DNA of 64,000 nt from Myxococcales bacterium. Lineage in GTDB: Bacteria; Myxococcota_A; UBA9160; UBA4427. The translations under genes and the position numbers were made by a program. A model generated the notes under the pieces. That model searched no databases. It worked only from the letters and a program-made list of their open reading frames with translations, and was not told the origin of the DNA. Positions within the stretch are counted from its first letter, which is position 1. The number at the start of each line of letters is the position of its first letter. Where the stretch lies: assembly GCA_012959805.1 (NCBI GenBank), contig DUCN01000057.1, positions 38,074-102,073 of the forward strand, read 5' to 3'. Below, one piece after another: positions 1 to 8,997 of the stretch.

Positions 1-315
1 GCTGCGCTTGCGGCGCTCGACGACGCCGAGCATGTCGCGCGAACTCTCGAAGTCAACGCGGCGGGCGTCGAGTACCTGACGGTGGAGCTCGGGCGATTGG
101 GCGTAAAGACGTGGCCCACGGATACGAATTACATCCTCGCTCATACCGGCTCGGGCATTTTTGAGGAACTGCTCGAGACCGGCGTGATTGTTCGACCCAT
201 GACTGGCTTCGGTCTCACGGAATATGTTCGAATCTCCATTGGTCTTCCGGAAGAGAACGAGCGACTGATCAAGACACTTTCGATTATTCTGGAGAGTCGG
301 GGAGCTGACTCATGA
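1..315 (+). CDS. hisC: Histidinol-phosphate aminotransferase, C-terminal part (5' end outside the window)
   Basis: Frame is open from base 1 (AALAALDDAEHV...TNYIL...GVIVRP...YVRISIGLPEENERL), typical of a class II PLP aminotransferase C-terminus. Stop overlaps the tyrA start (ATGA). Confidence 0.85.
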   Translation, partial: AALAALDDAEHVARTLEVNAAGVEYLTVELGRLGVKTWPTDTNYILAHTGSGIFEELLETGVIVRPMTGFGLTEYVRISIGLPEENERLIKTLSIILESRGADS

Positions 316-1220
316 ATCCCCCACCATTTCAGCGGTTGGCCGTTTTGGGTCTGGGTCTACTGGGCGGCTCGGTGGCGGCCGCTTCGAAAGAGCGAGGCCT
401 GGCAATCGAGGTGGTCGGCGCTGCGCGTAAGCAAGCTCCGCTCGAGAGAGCACTGAAGGCCGGCATCGTCGATCAAATCGCATCACCGAAAGAGGCGGTC
501 CAGGGGGCGGATCTTGTTGTCCTTGGCACGCCGGTTGGATCGATGGCGGGGGTTCTGGCCGAGGTTGCGGGTGAACTCGCGCCGGGAGCCATCGTGACGG
601 ACGTTGGTAGCGTCAAGGGTACCGTCGTTGACCTTCTTCCCGGGCTGCTGCCAGACGGCGTTTCATTCATCGGATCGCATCCGATGGCAGGTAGCCATTT
701 ACGCGGCCCCGATCATGCTCGGGGCGATCTATTTGAGGGAGCGTCCTGTGTCGTCACGTCCTGCGACGATGAGAATTCCAACGCCGCCGAACGCGTCGAA
801 CAATTCTGGCGAGACCTTGGTGCGAGGGTGCTTCGCCGTAGCCCGGCAGTACACGACGAAGAGGTCGCCTGGGTCAGTCATCTGCCCCATCTGCTCTCCT
901 TCGCATTCGCGGAATCGCTACACTCGGCGCCCGCGAATGTTGGGGAATTGGCGGGAAGCGGCTTTAGAGACTTCACGCGCATCGCGCAGAGTGATTCCGA
1001 ACTGTGGGGAGAGATTCTCAGTCTGAATCGAAAGGCCCTGTCGGGGCCCTTGAGTCAATTTTCCGAGTCACTGGCGAAGCTCTCCCGGATACTCGAGGAG
1101 GGCGACGGAGAAGCTCTCGAACAGATGTTAAGCCAAGCTCGGATGCGGTTGTCCGAGGTCGCGGCCAGCCAAACAAAGAGTGCACAGGCTAATGAAGAAT
1201 CGGATGGGATCGATCGATGA
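312..1220 (+). CDS. tyrA: Prephenate/arogenate dehydrogenase
   Basis: Rossmann GLGLLGGS plus TDVGSVK, HPMAG, SHLPH and GFRDFTRIA motifs. Confidence 0.93.
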   Translation: MNPPPFQRLAVLGLGLLGGSVAAASKERGLAIEVVGAARKQAPLERALKAGIVDQIASPKEAVQGADLVVLGTPVGSMAGVLAEVAGELAPGAIVTDVGSVKGTVVDLLPGLLPDGVSFIGSHPMAGSHLRGPDHARGDLFEGASCVVTSCDDENSNAAERVEQFWRDLGARVLRRSPAVHDEEVAWVSHLPHLLSFAFAESLHSAPANVGELAGSGFRDFTRIAQSDSELWGEILSLNRKALSGPLSQFSESLAKLSRILEEGDGEALEQMLSQARMRLSEVAASQTKSAQANEESDGIDR

Positions 1221-1249
1221 TTCCAATTCAGTATCTGAACAGAGAGAGT

Positions 1250-1277
1250 TTGAACGTTTTCTTGGAACACCTTTAAT
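1250..1277 (+). promoter_or_regulatory. Possible sigma70 promoter for rpsA
   Basis: TTGAAC-N16-TTTAAT in an AT-rich intergenic patch about 70 nt upstream of rpsA. Confidence 0.35.
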
Positions 1278-1345
1278 TAATTCAACCTAATCCATGGCCG
1301 TTCGCAGAGCGCGGATCCGGCCACCAGGAGCAATGAGAAACCACA

Positions 1346-3067
1346 ATGAGTGAAACAACAGAAGAATCCGGAGGCGGCGAAAGTTTTGCCGACCTTTTTG
1401 GAAACAGCGAACGATCCTTCAAAGAGGGTGAAATCGCGCGCGGTACAGTCCTCTCGATCGACAACGACTGGGTCCAGATCGATATCGGCTTCAAGTCCGA
1501 GGGAATGATCGCGTCTTGGGAATTCATGACAGAAGAGGGTCGGCTCACCATCGCCGTTGGGGATGATGTCGAGGTCCTCGTCGAAGAAGTCGAGAATGAA
1601 GATGGCCAGCTCGTCCTGTCCAAGGAAAAGGCAGAACGGCTCAAGGTCTGGGACGAGATCAGTAATGCGTTCGACAACGAGGAACCCGTCGAGGGAACGA
1701 TCGTTGCGCGAGTGAAGGGTGGCCTCTCCGTCGACATCGGCGTGAAAGCATTCCTTCCGGGTTCGCAGGTCGATCTTCGTCCGGTTCGAAATCTCGAAGC
1801 CCTGCTTGGCGAGAAGGCGAATTTCAAGATCATCAAGTTCAATAAACGCCGAGGCAATATTGTGCTCTCGCGTCGAGCTCTGCTCGAGACCGAACGGAAG
1901 ATGATGCGAGAAGCGACACTCGCGACCTTGTCGGAAGGTCAGATTCTCGATGGCGTGATCAAGAACCTCACCGACTACGGTGCCTTCATCGATCTCGGTG
2001 GAATCGATGGCCTCCTGCATATCACGGATATGTCCTGGGGCCGGATCAATCATCCGGGCGAGTTGTTTCATGTCGGCGACGAGATCAAGGTCAAGGTTCT
2101 CAAATTCGACCAAGAGGCGGAGCGTGTCTCACTAGGTCTCAAGCAGATCCAGCCGGATCCGTGGGTCGATGCAGGGATGCGTTACCCGATCGGCATGCGG
2201 ATTCGCGGCAAGGTGGTATCGCTAACAGACTACGGTGCGTTCATCGAACTCGAACCGGGCATCGAGGGACTCGTTCATGTCTCCGAGATGTCGTGGACCA
2301 AACGGGTCAAGCATCCGTCCAAGGTCGTCAGCATTGCGGACGAAGTCGAAGCGATTGTGCTCGATGTCGATGAGCGAGATCGGAAGATTTCACTTGGCAT
2401 GAAGCAGATCGAAGAGAATCCGTGGACGGTGATCGAGGACAAGTATCCGGTCGGGACCGAGGTGTCGGGTCAGATTCGAAACATCACGAACTTCGGAATC
2501 TTTGTCGGTCTCGAAGAAGGCATCGACGGGCTGGTTCACGTCTCGGATATTTCCTGGACAGAACAGGTCAAACATCCTTCGGATCGATTCGAGAAGGGTG
2601 ACGAAGTGAAGGCGGTCGTGCTGAAGATCGACAAGGAGAACGAAAAATTCTCCCTGGGTATCAAGCAGCTCGAGGCCAACCCGTGGAACGACATTCTGAA
2701 GAAGTACGCGGTGGGCAGCGAAATTACAGGACCGGTCTCGAGTGTGACTGACTTCGGTGTTTTCGTGCAGCTCGAGGACGGCATCGATGGATTGGTCTAC
2801 AGCTCCGAGCTGGCAGCCGAGCGCATCGAAACCCCATCCGAACACTTCAAGGATGGACAAGAAATCACTGCATTGATCGTGAAGGTCGACGCCAACGAGC
2901 AGAAAATCTCGCTGTCGATTCGAGCGGTTGGTGACAAAGTCGAGCGAGCGGCGCTGAAGGAGTTGGCTGCACAACAGTCAGCAACTCAGACGACTACGCT
3001 GGGTGATCTCTTGGCCGAGAAGCTGCAAGCGCAGCAATCGGGCGATTCCGAAAAGAAGTCGGAGTAG
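1346..3067 (+). CDS. rpsA: 30S ribosomal protein S1
   Basis: Repeated S1 domains (YGAFIDLGGIDGLLHITDMSW, FGIFVGLEEGIDGLVHVSDISW); 573 aa. Confidence 0.98.
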   Translation: MSETTEESGGGESFADLFGNSERSFKEGEIARGTVLSIDNDWVQIDIGFKSEGMIASWEFMTEEGRLTIAVGDDVEVLVEEVENEDGQLVLSKEKAERLKVWDEISNAFDNEEPVEGTIVARVKGGLSVDIGVKAFLPGSQVDLRPVRNLEALLGEKANFKIIKFNKRRGNIVLSRRALLETERKMMREATLATLSEGQILDGVIKNLTDYGAFIDLGGIDGLLHITDMSWGRINHPGELFHVGDEIKVKVLKFDQEAERVSLGLKQIQPDPWVDAGMRYPIGMRIRGKVVSLTDYGAFIELEPGIEGLVHVSEMSWTKRVKHPSKVVSIADEVEAIVLDVDERDRKISLGMKQIEENPWTVIEDKYPVGTEVSGQIRNITNFGIFVGLEEGIDGLVHVSDISWTEQVKHPSDRFEKGDEVKAVVLKIDKENEKFSLGIKQLEANPWNDILKKYAVGSEITGPVSSVTDFGVFVQLEDGIDGLVYSSELAAERIETPSEHFKDGQEITALIVKVDANEQKISLSIRAVGDKVERAALKELAAQQSATQTTTLGDLLAEKLQAQQSGDSEKKSE

Positions 3068-3072
3068 GCATT

Positions 3073-3110
3073 CGGGGCATCCGCGCAGGCGGGTGCCCCG
3101 TCTTTCTTTC
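3073..3110 (+). terminator. Rho-independent terminator after rpsA
   Basis: CGGGGCATCCGC-GCAG-GCGGGTGCCCCG stem followed by TCTTTCTTTC. Confidence 0.7.
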
Positions 3111-3146
3111 TCCTAGCTGGCTTGCTGAAATGTCTGGAGAGACCGA

Positions 3147-3488
3147 ATGACGAAGAGCGGTTTGATCGAGGAAGTCGCGAAACGCACACCGCACATCTCA
3201 AAGAAGGACACAGAGGTCGTGGTGAACACGATCTTCGATGCGATGATCGAGGCCCTCCGTTCAGGAGACCGAATAGAGATTCGTGGCTTCGGTTCTTTTC
3301 AAGTGAAAATTCGAGAAGCGCGCGACGGACGTAACCCGAAGACCGGTGAGTCCGTGCATATCTCGGCAAAGCGGACGCCATTCTTCAAGGTGGGGAAAGA
3401 ACTGAAAGAGATGGTCGACGGTGTGCCGGCGACGGAACCTGAAACCGAGGTAGATGGGGGTACGTCCGAGGAGTCTGCGATCGGTTAG
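3147..3488 (+). CDS. ihfB: Integration host factor beta subunit
   Basis: MTKSGLIEEV...IEIRGFGSF...GRNPKTGE...FKVGKELKE; located after rpsA. Confidence 0.93.
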   Translation: MTKSGLIEEVAKRTPHISKKDTEVVVNTIFDAMIEALRSGDRIEIRGFGSFQVKIREARDGRNPKTGESVHISAKRTPFFKVGKELKEMVDGVPATEPETEVDGGTSEESAIG

Positions 3489-3539
3489 CCAGACGATGTG
3501 AGCGCGAATCAGTTTTCTTGGAGCCTCGGGGGGTGAAGT

Positions 3540-3920
3540 ATGAAACGGCTGTTGTTTTGGTTGGTGTTGGTCGGTCTATTCATCGCAGCGCTCTGGGCAG
3601 GTTGGACTTTTCGCGCGAGCAACTCGGTTCCAGTCGATCTCGAATTGATCTGGATCCGTATTCCAAATGTCGAATTGTGGTGGGTGGTGCTTGGCTCGAT
3701 GGCCATCGGTGCGGGTTTAGCAACGACCAGCGTGGGATTTTCGTGGCTGCGGGGGCATCTGCTCAACCTGCGATACCGCCGTGCGATCAGGAAGCTCGAG
3801 ACTGAACTGCATGAAATGCGCAGCTTGCCGCTCAGCGGAAGTCGGGGCACGGCGCCTGAGCCGCTGAGACTCGACCCGGCAGATCCGAATCTGGCCGTGG
3901 CGGCTGGGAAAGTCAGTTAG
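3540..3920 (+). CDS. lapA: LapA-family (LPS assembly protein A) membrane protein
   Basis: Two hydrophobic segments, NSVPVDLEL linker and a coiled tail ELHEMRSLP; lies between ihfB and a TPR gene. Confidence 0.7.
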   Translation: MKRLLFWLVLVGLFIAALWAGWTFRASNSVPVDLELIWIRIPNVELWWVVLGSMAIGAGLATTSVGFSWLRGHLLNLRYRRAIRKLETELHEMRSLPLSGSRGTAPEPLRLDPADPNLAVAAGKVS

Positions 3921-3923
3921 TTC

Positions 3924-4955
3924 GTGCGTTGGAGGCGGAATCAGGGTGCGGCCGCGGCATCGCAAATCGAACTCGCCTGGCGGCGTGCGTTGCGCGCAGC
4001 CATCGATGGCAATTGGCCGAGAGCCGAGACATGGCTCGAGCGGATTGTTGAGGCAAATAGCAAGAACATCGATGCCTATCTGGCCCTGGCGAGGCTCTAC
4101 AGGAATCACGGCGCGATCGGTCGCGCCATTCGCATGCATCAGAACTTGCTACTTCGATCGGAGCTGAATCGCAGTGAGCGAGCCGAAGCTTTGTTGGAAC
4201 TCGGGCGAGATTTCGAAGAAGGCGGCTTTCATTCGCGGGCGGCAGCAACCTTTGAAGAACTGCTCGGACTCGACTCTGGCAACGCTGAGATCCTCGAACG
4301 ACTGATTTCGCTCTTACTCGCATTGGGTGAGTTTTCGCGCGGGCTTTCGCTGGTGAAGCGATTGCGGCGACGAAATCGTGAAGCTGGGGACCGTTTGGAA
4401 GTGGCGCTCTTGTTGGCGCAGTCGGATGCCCAGATCGAATCCGGGGATCATGACGGTGCGCGGCGATCGATCAAACGCTGCCTTAGGCGGAATAAATCTT
4501 GTGGTCGCGCCTGGCTGAGGTTAGGTGAGCTCGAGGCAGAGCGGGGCAAGACTAATCGCGCACTGGAGGCTTGGAAGCACGGCGCAGAAACAGATCAGGA
4601 GGCGGCTGCCGAGATCTATCCGAAACTCGCTGCGACCTTTGCTGCGAAGGACAAGGCGGAAGCTTTTGATGCATTTCTGTTGAAGCTTCTCGATCGTCGC
4701 CCAGAAGATCATTCCGCTCGGATCGCGCTCGCTCGTGTTCGTAGGAGTCGAGGCGATTCGGCTTCGGCGATCGAGGAGCTGGCGCGCGCGGTCGAGATCA
4801 CACCCGAGGAGTTGAGTCTCCGAAGCGAATTGGGAAGGCAATTGATCGCGGCGGGGCAGGATTCGGAAGCGTTGAAGGCTTATGCTGGACTCCTCGAACT
4901 GATCGACCGTCTTTCGTCACCCCTCAATGACATAGACGAGGAGGTCGGCCATTGA
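3924..4955 (+). CDS. lapB: LapB-like tetratricopeptide repeat protein
   Basis: LARLYR..GAIGRAIRMHQNLL and LLELGRDF..GG...RA match LapB TPRs; follows lapA. Confidence 0.7.
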   Translation: MRWRRNQGAAAASQIELAWRRALRAAIDGNWPRAETWLERIVEANSKNIDAYLALARLYRNHGAIGRAIRMHQNLLLRSELNRSERAEALLELGRDFEEGGFHSRAAATFEELLGLDSGNAEILERLISLLLALGEFSRGLSLVKRLRRRNREAGDRLEVALLLAQSDAQIESGDHDGARRSIKRCLRRNKSCGRAWLRLGELEAERGKTNRALEAWKHGAETDQEAAAEIYPKLAATFAAKDKAEAFDAFLLKLLDRRPEDHSARIALARVRRSRGDSASAIEELARAVEITPEELSLRSELGRQLIAAGQDSEALKAYAGLLELIDRLSSPLNDIDEEVGH

Positions 4956-7774
4956 GCCAGTCTGCCTTGGACACGCCGATGATGCGGCAGTTCTTGAAGG
5001 TTAAGGCCGAGTATCCGGATTCGGTTGTCTTTTATCGGATGGGTGATTTCTACGAGATGTTTCTGCACGACGCAGAACTCGTTGCGCCGCTTCTCGACAT
5101 AACGCTGACTTCGAGAAACAAGGACAAGGCGGATTCCATTCCGATGTGTGGGATCCCCGTGCATGCGGCAGATGCGCACATCAAGCGACTCGCCAGTCTG
5201 GGGCATCGGATCGCGATTTGTGAACAGGTCGAAGATCCAAAGGACACGGGCGGGAAACGCCTGGTACGCCGCGCCGTCGTCGAGGTTGTCACACCGGGGC
5301 TGGTCGGCGATCCAGCAGGCTTGGACGCGCATACCATCGTGGCTGTCGCGGCCATTTACGTCGGAGAGGGTTTCGGCCTCGCCGTTCTCGAAGCATCCAC
5401 CGCCGATTTTCGGGCAACGGGTATCTCTGATGACGCGGGGAAGAATTCCGCCAAGAAGAAAGACGGCGAGCTTCCGGAAGCACTGATTCAAGAGTTGGCG
5501 CGAATCGGCCCACGAGAGCTCCTGGTGCCGAAGTCGCTCGTGATGGAGGCCCAGCGTGTTCTCCCTTATGTGATCGAGAATCTGGCGATCCGGGAACTTC
5601 CCGAGAGTGCGTTCATGGAAGGACCGAATGTTCCGGCCTGGCAGGGTGGATTCCTCGATGAGCAGGATCCGGCTTCTCGCGCTGCCGTAGCCATCGCGAA
5701 CTACTTGATCGAGAACCAGCCCTTCGCTCGAGAGAACCCACCGCGGTTGCAGCGTTATGAAATCGCCGATGCGGTCGTGCTGGACGCTTCGACCCGAAGA
5801 CATCTCGAGCTACACGAAAACAGCGAAGATCGAGGTCGCGCGGGTACGCTACTTTCGGAGCTGGATGTGACCTGTTGCGCGCTAGGCGCACGGAGGTTGT
5901 CGCATTGGCTCGCGTATCCGCTGCTATCGATCAAGGAGATCGACAAGCGTCACGACGCGGTCGCGTTTCTGGTGGGCAAGGACCGGCTTCGCGCAAAATT
6001 GCGCGAAGCGATGAGACCTGTTCGCGATCTCGACCGGCTGCTCTCCCGTGCGACTCGCCCGGGCGCGGTGCCTAGGGACCTCGGCGCTTTGCGCAGCTCG
6101 CTTCAGGCGCTGCCGAAAGTCGTGTCGACCATTGCGTCCGGGGGCGCACTCGACGCAAATGAGGCCATGCTGCTCGTCGAAGCTCCGTCTTCCCCCGATG
6201 GTTCGAGGCCGGGTGAACTCGGTGATCCGATGGCACGGGTACTGGATCTGCCCGTCCCTCGCCCGGCTTTGACGTCACTTCTCGAAGACGGATTGATCGA
6301 TGAACCTCCGGTGATTGCACGGGGTTCTCGCGGTGCAAACGAAACCGGCTATATCCGGGAGGGCTATCGCAGCGATCTCGACGTGCTTCGCGAGAGCGCG
6401 ACGAAGGGACGTGAGTGGATCGCTGGGCTCGAAGCTGCCGAACGGGAGCGAACGGGGATTGCGACACTCAAAATCAGATTTCACCCCGTTCATGGTTATT
6501 CCCTCGAAGTTGGGAAGGCGCACCTCGCCAAGGTTCCCGAAGACTTCGAACGCAAGCAGACCCTGGCAAGTGTCGAACGTTTTACCACCGAGGCGCTTCG
6601 CGAAGTCGAGTCCAAGGTCATGGGGGCCAACGAGCGGGCGGCGAAACTCGAGCGTGAAATTTTCGAGTCGCTGCGACAATCCGTTTGCCTCGAGTCGGAG
6701 GCGATTAGGGAAGCAGCGTCGCGTGTGGCCACGCTCGACGCATTGGCTTCTCTTGCTGAAGTGGCGAGAAGGAATCGCTGGGTGCGCCCGGACGTGGATC
6801 TGGGGGAGAGTCTCGACATCAAGGGCGGACGACATCCGGTGGTGGAATCGGTTCTTGGGCGCCAAGGCTCTGACGGCTTTGTTCCCAATGACACCAAGCT
6901 CGATCCTTCTGGACGACAAATTCTCCTTTTGACCGGACCTAACATGTCTGGCAAGAGTACCTATCTCCGCCAGGTGGCCTTGATCGTTTTGATGGCGCAG
7001 ATGGGGAGCTTCGTCCCAGCCGAGTCCGCCCGCGTGGGCATCGTCGACCGTGTCTTTACCCGTGTGGGCGCATCGGATCGACTGTCCCGGGGAGAATCGA
7101 CCTTCATGGTCGAGATGCGCGAGACGTCAGAAATTCTCAGTCAGGCTACACGCCGCAGTCTCGTCATTCTCGATGAGATCGGTCGCGGAACATCCACCTT
7201 TGATGGATTGTCGATCGCATGGTCGGTGGCCGAATATCTTCACGACACCCGAGGCGTCGAAGCCAGGACGCTTTTTGCCACGCATTACCACGAGCTTGTC
7301 GCGCTGTCGGATACGAAGGCTCGAATTCATAACGCGCATTTCGAAGTGCGCGAATGGAATGAAGAAGTCATCTTCTTGCGCCGACTTGTCGAAGGCGGAG
7401 CCAGTCGCTCCTATGGTATTCAGGTCGCGCGACTCGCGGGGCTGCCCCAGCGTGTGATCGAACGAGCGCGATCGATTCTTCTCGATCTCGAGGCCGGAGA
7501 CCTGCCTGGCGGACAATCGAAACAAGCGCGCCCATCCTCCGAGGGTCAACTCTCCCTGGCCCTTCGACCATTGCGATCGCCCAAAGGCGAGGCTGAGGCG
7601 GAGCTCATTCGAGCTTTCCGCGAACTCGCGCCCGAATCGATGACGCCGATCGATGCATTGACCTGGTTGGTGAAGGCGGGCGAGGAACTTCGTCTCGAGG
7701 CCTCCGAGGGGGGCGAGGAAGCGCATCGTGACCGGCGTGGTGAGCCAAGCAAAAGTGACGAGGCGGGATCATGA
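4952..7774 (+). CDS. mutS: DNA mismatch repair protein MutS
   Basis: TPMMRQF, GDFYEMF, Walker A TGPNMSGKST, DEIGRGTST, FATHYHEL, SYGIQVA. Confidence 0.98.
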   Translation: MSQSALDTPMMRQFLKVKAEYPDSVVFYRMGDFYEMFLHDAELVAPLLDITLTSRNKDKADSIPMCGIPVHAADAHIKRLASLGHRIAICEQVEDPKDTGGKRLVRRAVVEVVTPGLVGDPAGLDAHTIVAVAAIYVGEGFGLAVLEASTADFRATGISDDAGKNSAKKKDGELPEALIQELARIGPRELLVPKSLVMEAQRVLPYVIENLAIRELPESAFMEGPNVPAWQGGFLDEQDPASRAAVAIANYLIENQPFARENPPRLQRYEIADAVVLDASTRRHLELHENSEDRGRAGTLLSELDVTCCALGARRLSHWLAYPLLSIKEIDKRHDAVAFLVGKDRLRAKLREAMRPVRDLDRLLSRATRPGAVPRDLGALRSSLQALPKVVSTIASGGALDANEAMLLVEAPSSPDGSRPGELGDPMARVLDLPVPRPALTSLLEDGLIDEPPVIARGSRGANETGYIREGYRSDLDVLRESATKGREWIAGLEAAERERTGIATLKIRFHPVHGYSLEVGKAHLAKVPEDFERKQTLASVERFTTEALREVESKVMGANERAAKLEREIFESLRQSVCLESEAIREAASRVATLDALASLAEVARRNRWVRPDVDLGESLDIKGGRHPVVESVLGRQGSDGFVPNDTKLDPSGRQILLLTGPNMSGKSTYLRQVALIVLMAQMGSFVPAESARVGIVDRVFTRVGASDRLSRGESTFMVEMRETSEILSQATRRSLVILDEIGRGTSTFDGLSIAWSVAEYLHDTRGVEARTLFATHYHELVALSDTKARIHNAHFEVREWNEEVIFLRRLVEGGASRSYGIQVARLAGLPQRVIERARSILLDLEAGDLPGGQSKQARPSSEGQLSLALRPLRSPKGEAEAELIRAFRELAPESMTPIDALTWLVKAGEELRLEASEGGEEAHRDRRGEPSKSDEAGS

Positions 7775-8997
7775 AGGTCGCGGGGCGAATCCGTTCTAGC
7801 CTTCTGCTCTTGGGGCTGATGCCGTTCTTGCTTGGAGTCGAGCGTCCGCCGGGATTGGGCGATGTTCGTGACGTTCGAACCTGGTCCTACGAAGGGTATA
7901 CGCGAGTCGTTCTCGAACTCTCGCACGAAGTCGACCTCTCGAAGGCGAAGCTTGTTAGGCTCGCTGCCAATCGACATGCCGGGCGTCCCGAGAGGCTCTA
8001 CCTCGACGTTCCCGGTGTCTGGGTCGGGCGGCGTTATGAGGACGGCGTCGAGGTCGGAGATGGACTCTTGGCGGGCGTTCGCGTTGGGCAGAACACGCTG
8101 CGCAACTCTCGGCTGGTGATCGATCTCGAGCGCTATGACCATCACAGACTCTTTACGTTGCCGAGCCCAGCTCGGATTGTCGTTGACGTCTATGGCGATC
8201 CCGTCGAGGCGGCGCCTGATTCGAGCGGACGCCTTCCAGCCAGTCTGCGCCGGGTTCGTACAGTGGTCGTCGATCCGGGCCATGGAGGGCGCGACCCCGG
8301 GGCCACAGGGCTCTACGGCTTGCGCGAGAAGGACGTGAATCTATCGATTGCCAAGGGGTTGGCGAAGCGACTCGAGGAGCGTGGCTTTAGAGTCGTCTTG
8401 ACTCGAGACGACGATCGAACCCTCGATCTGGAGGAACGCACCGCGATTGCAGAGTCGTCGGGCGGCGATGTCTTTATTTCCATTCATGCGAATGCTTCAA
8501 GTCGAGCCAAGACGCGAGGCATCGAGATCTACACATTGGATGAGAATCATGAACGCCACAGCCTGGATGTAGCCTCACGGGAAAACGGTGTTCCGGCGTC
8601 AAAGCTCGATCCATTGCAGCGAGCGCTGGCCCGATTGCGCGTCGATGAAGTCGGATCGCATTCCACGAAGCTGGCCGGTCTGGTTCACGAGCAGGTAATT
8701 GCAAGCGCGAAAAAGCGAGATCGATCGCTGCCCGATCTAGGTGTTAAGAAGGGACCCTTTTATGTCCTTTTCATGTCGAGCATGTCGTCGGTTCTGGTGG
8801 AGACCGGATTTCTGACCAACAAGAAGGACGCGAAGCTGCTCAAGAGTGTGAAATTCCAGCGTGAATTGGCTGAGTCCATTGCCGCCGGCGTTGCCGACTA
8901 TCGACGACAGATGGAACAAGGCCTGCTCTCCTCTGCGGAGCCGTCAGCACGTGGGGCTGACAGGGCGGCGGCACGCATCGGGTCTCGGGCGCCTTGA
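7771..8997 (+). CDS. N-acetylmuramoyl-L-alanine amidase (AMIN + Amidase_3)
   Basis: Signal peptide, AMIN-like TRVVLEL/RIVVDV, VVDPGHGGRDPGA, EKDVNL, SIHANA, LVETGF. Confidence 0.92.
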   Translation: MKVAGRIRSSLLLLGLMPFLLGVERPPGLGDVRDVRTWSYEGYTRVVLELSHEVDLSKAKLVRLAANRHAGRPERLYLDVPGVWVGRRYEDGVEVGDGLLAGVRVGQNTLRNSRLVIDLERYDHHRLFTLPSPARIVVDVYGDPVEAAPDSSGRLPASLRRVRTVVVDPGHGGRDPGATGLYGLREKDVNLSIAKGLAKRLEERGFRVVLTRDDDRTLDLEERTAIAESSGGDVFISIHANASSRAKTRGIEIYTLDENHERHSLDVASRENGVPASKLDPLQRALARLRVDEVGSHSTKLAGLVHEQVIASAKKRDRSLPDLGVKKGPFYVLFMSSMSSVLVETGFLTNKKDAKLLKSVKFQRELAESIAAGVADYRRQMEQGLLSSAEPSARGADRAAARIGSRAP

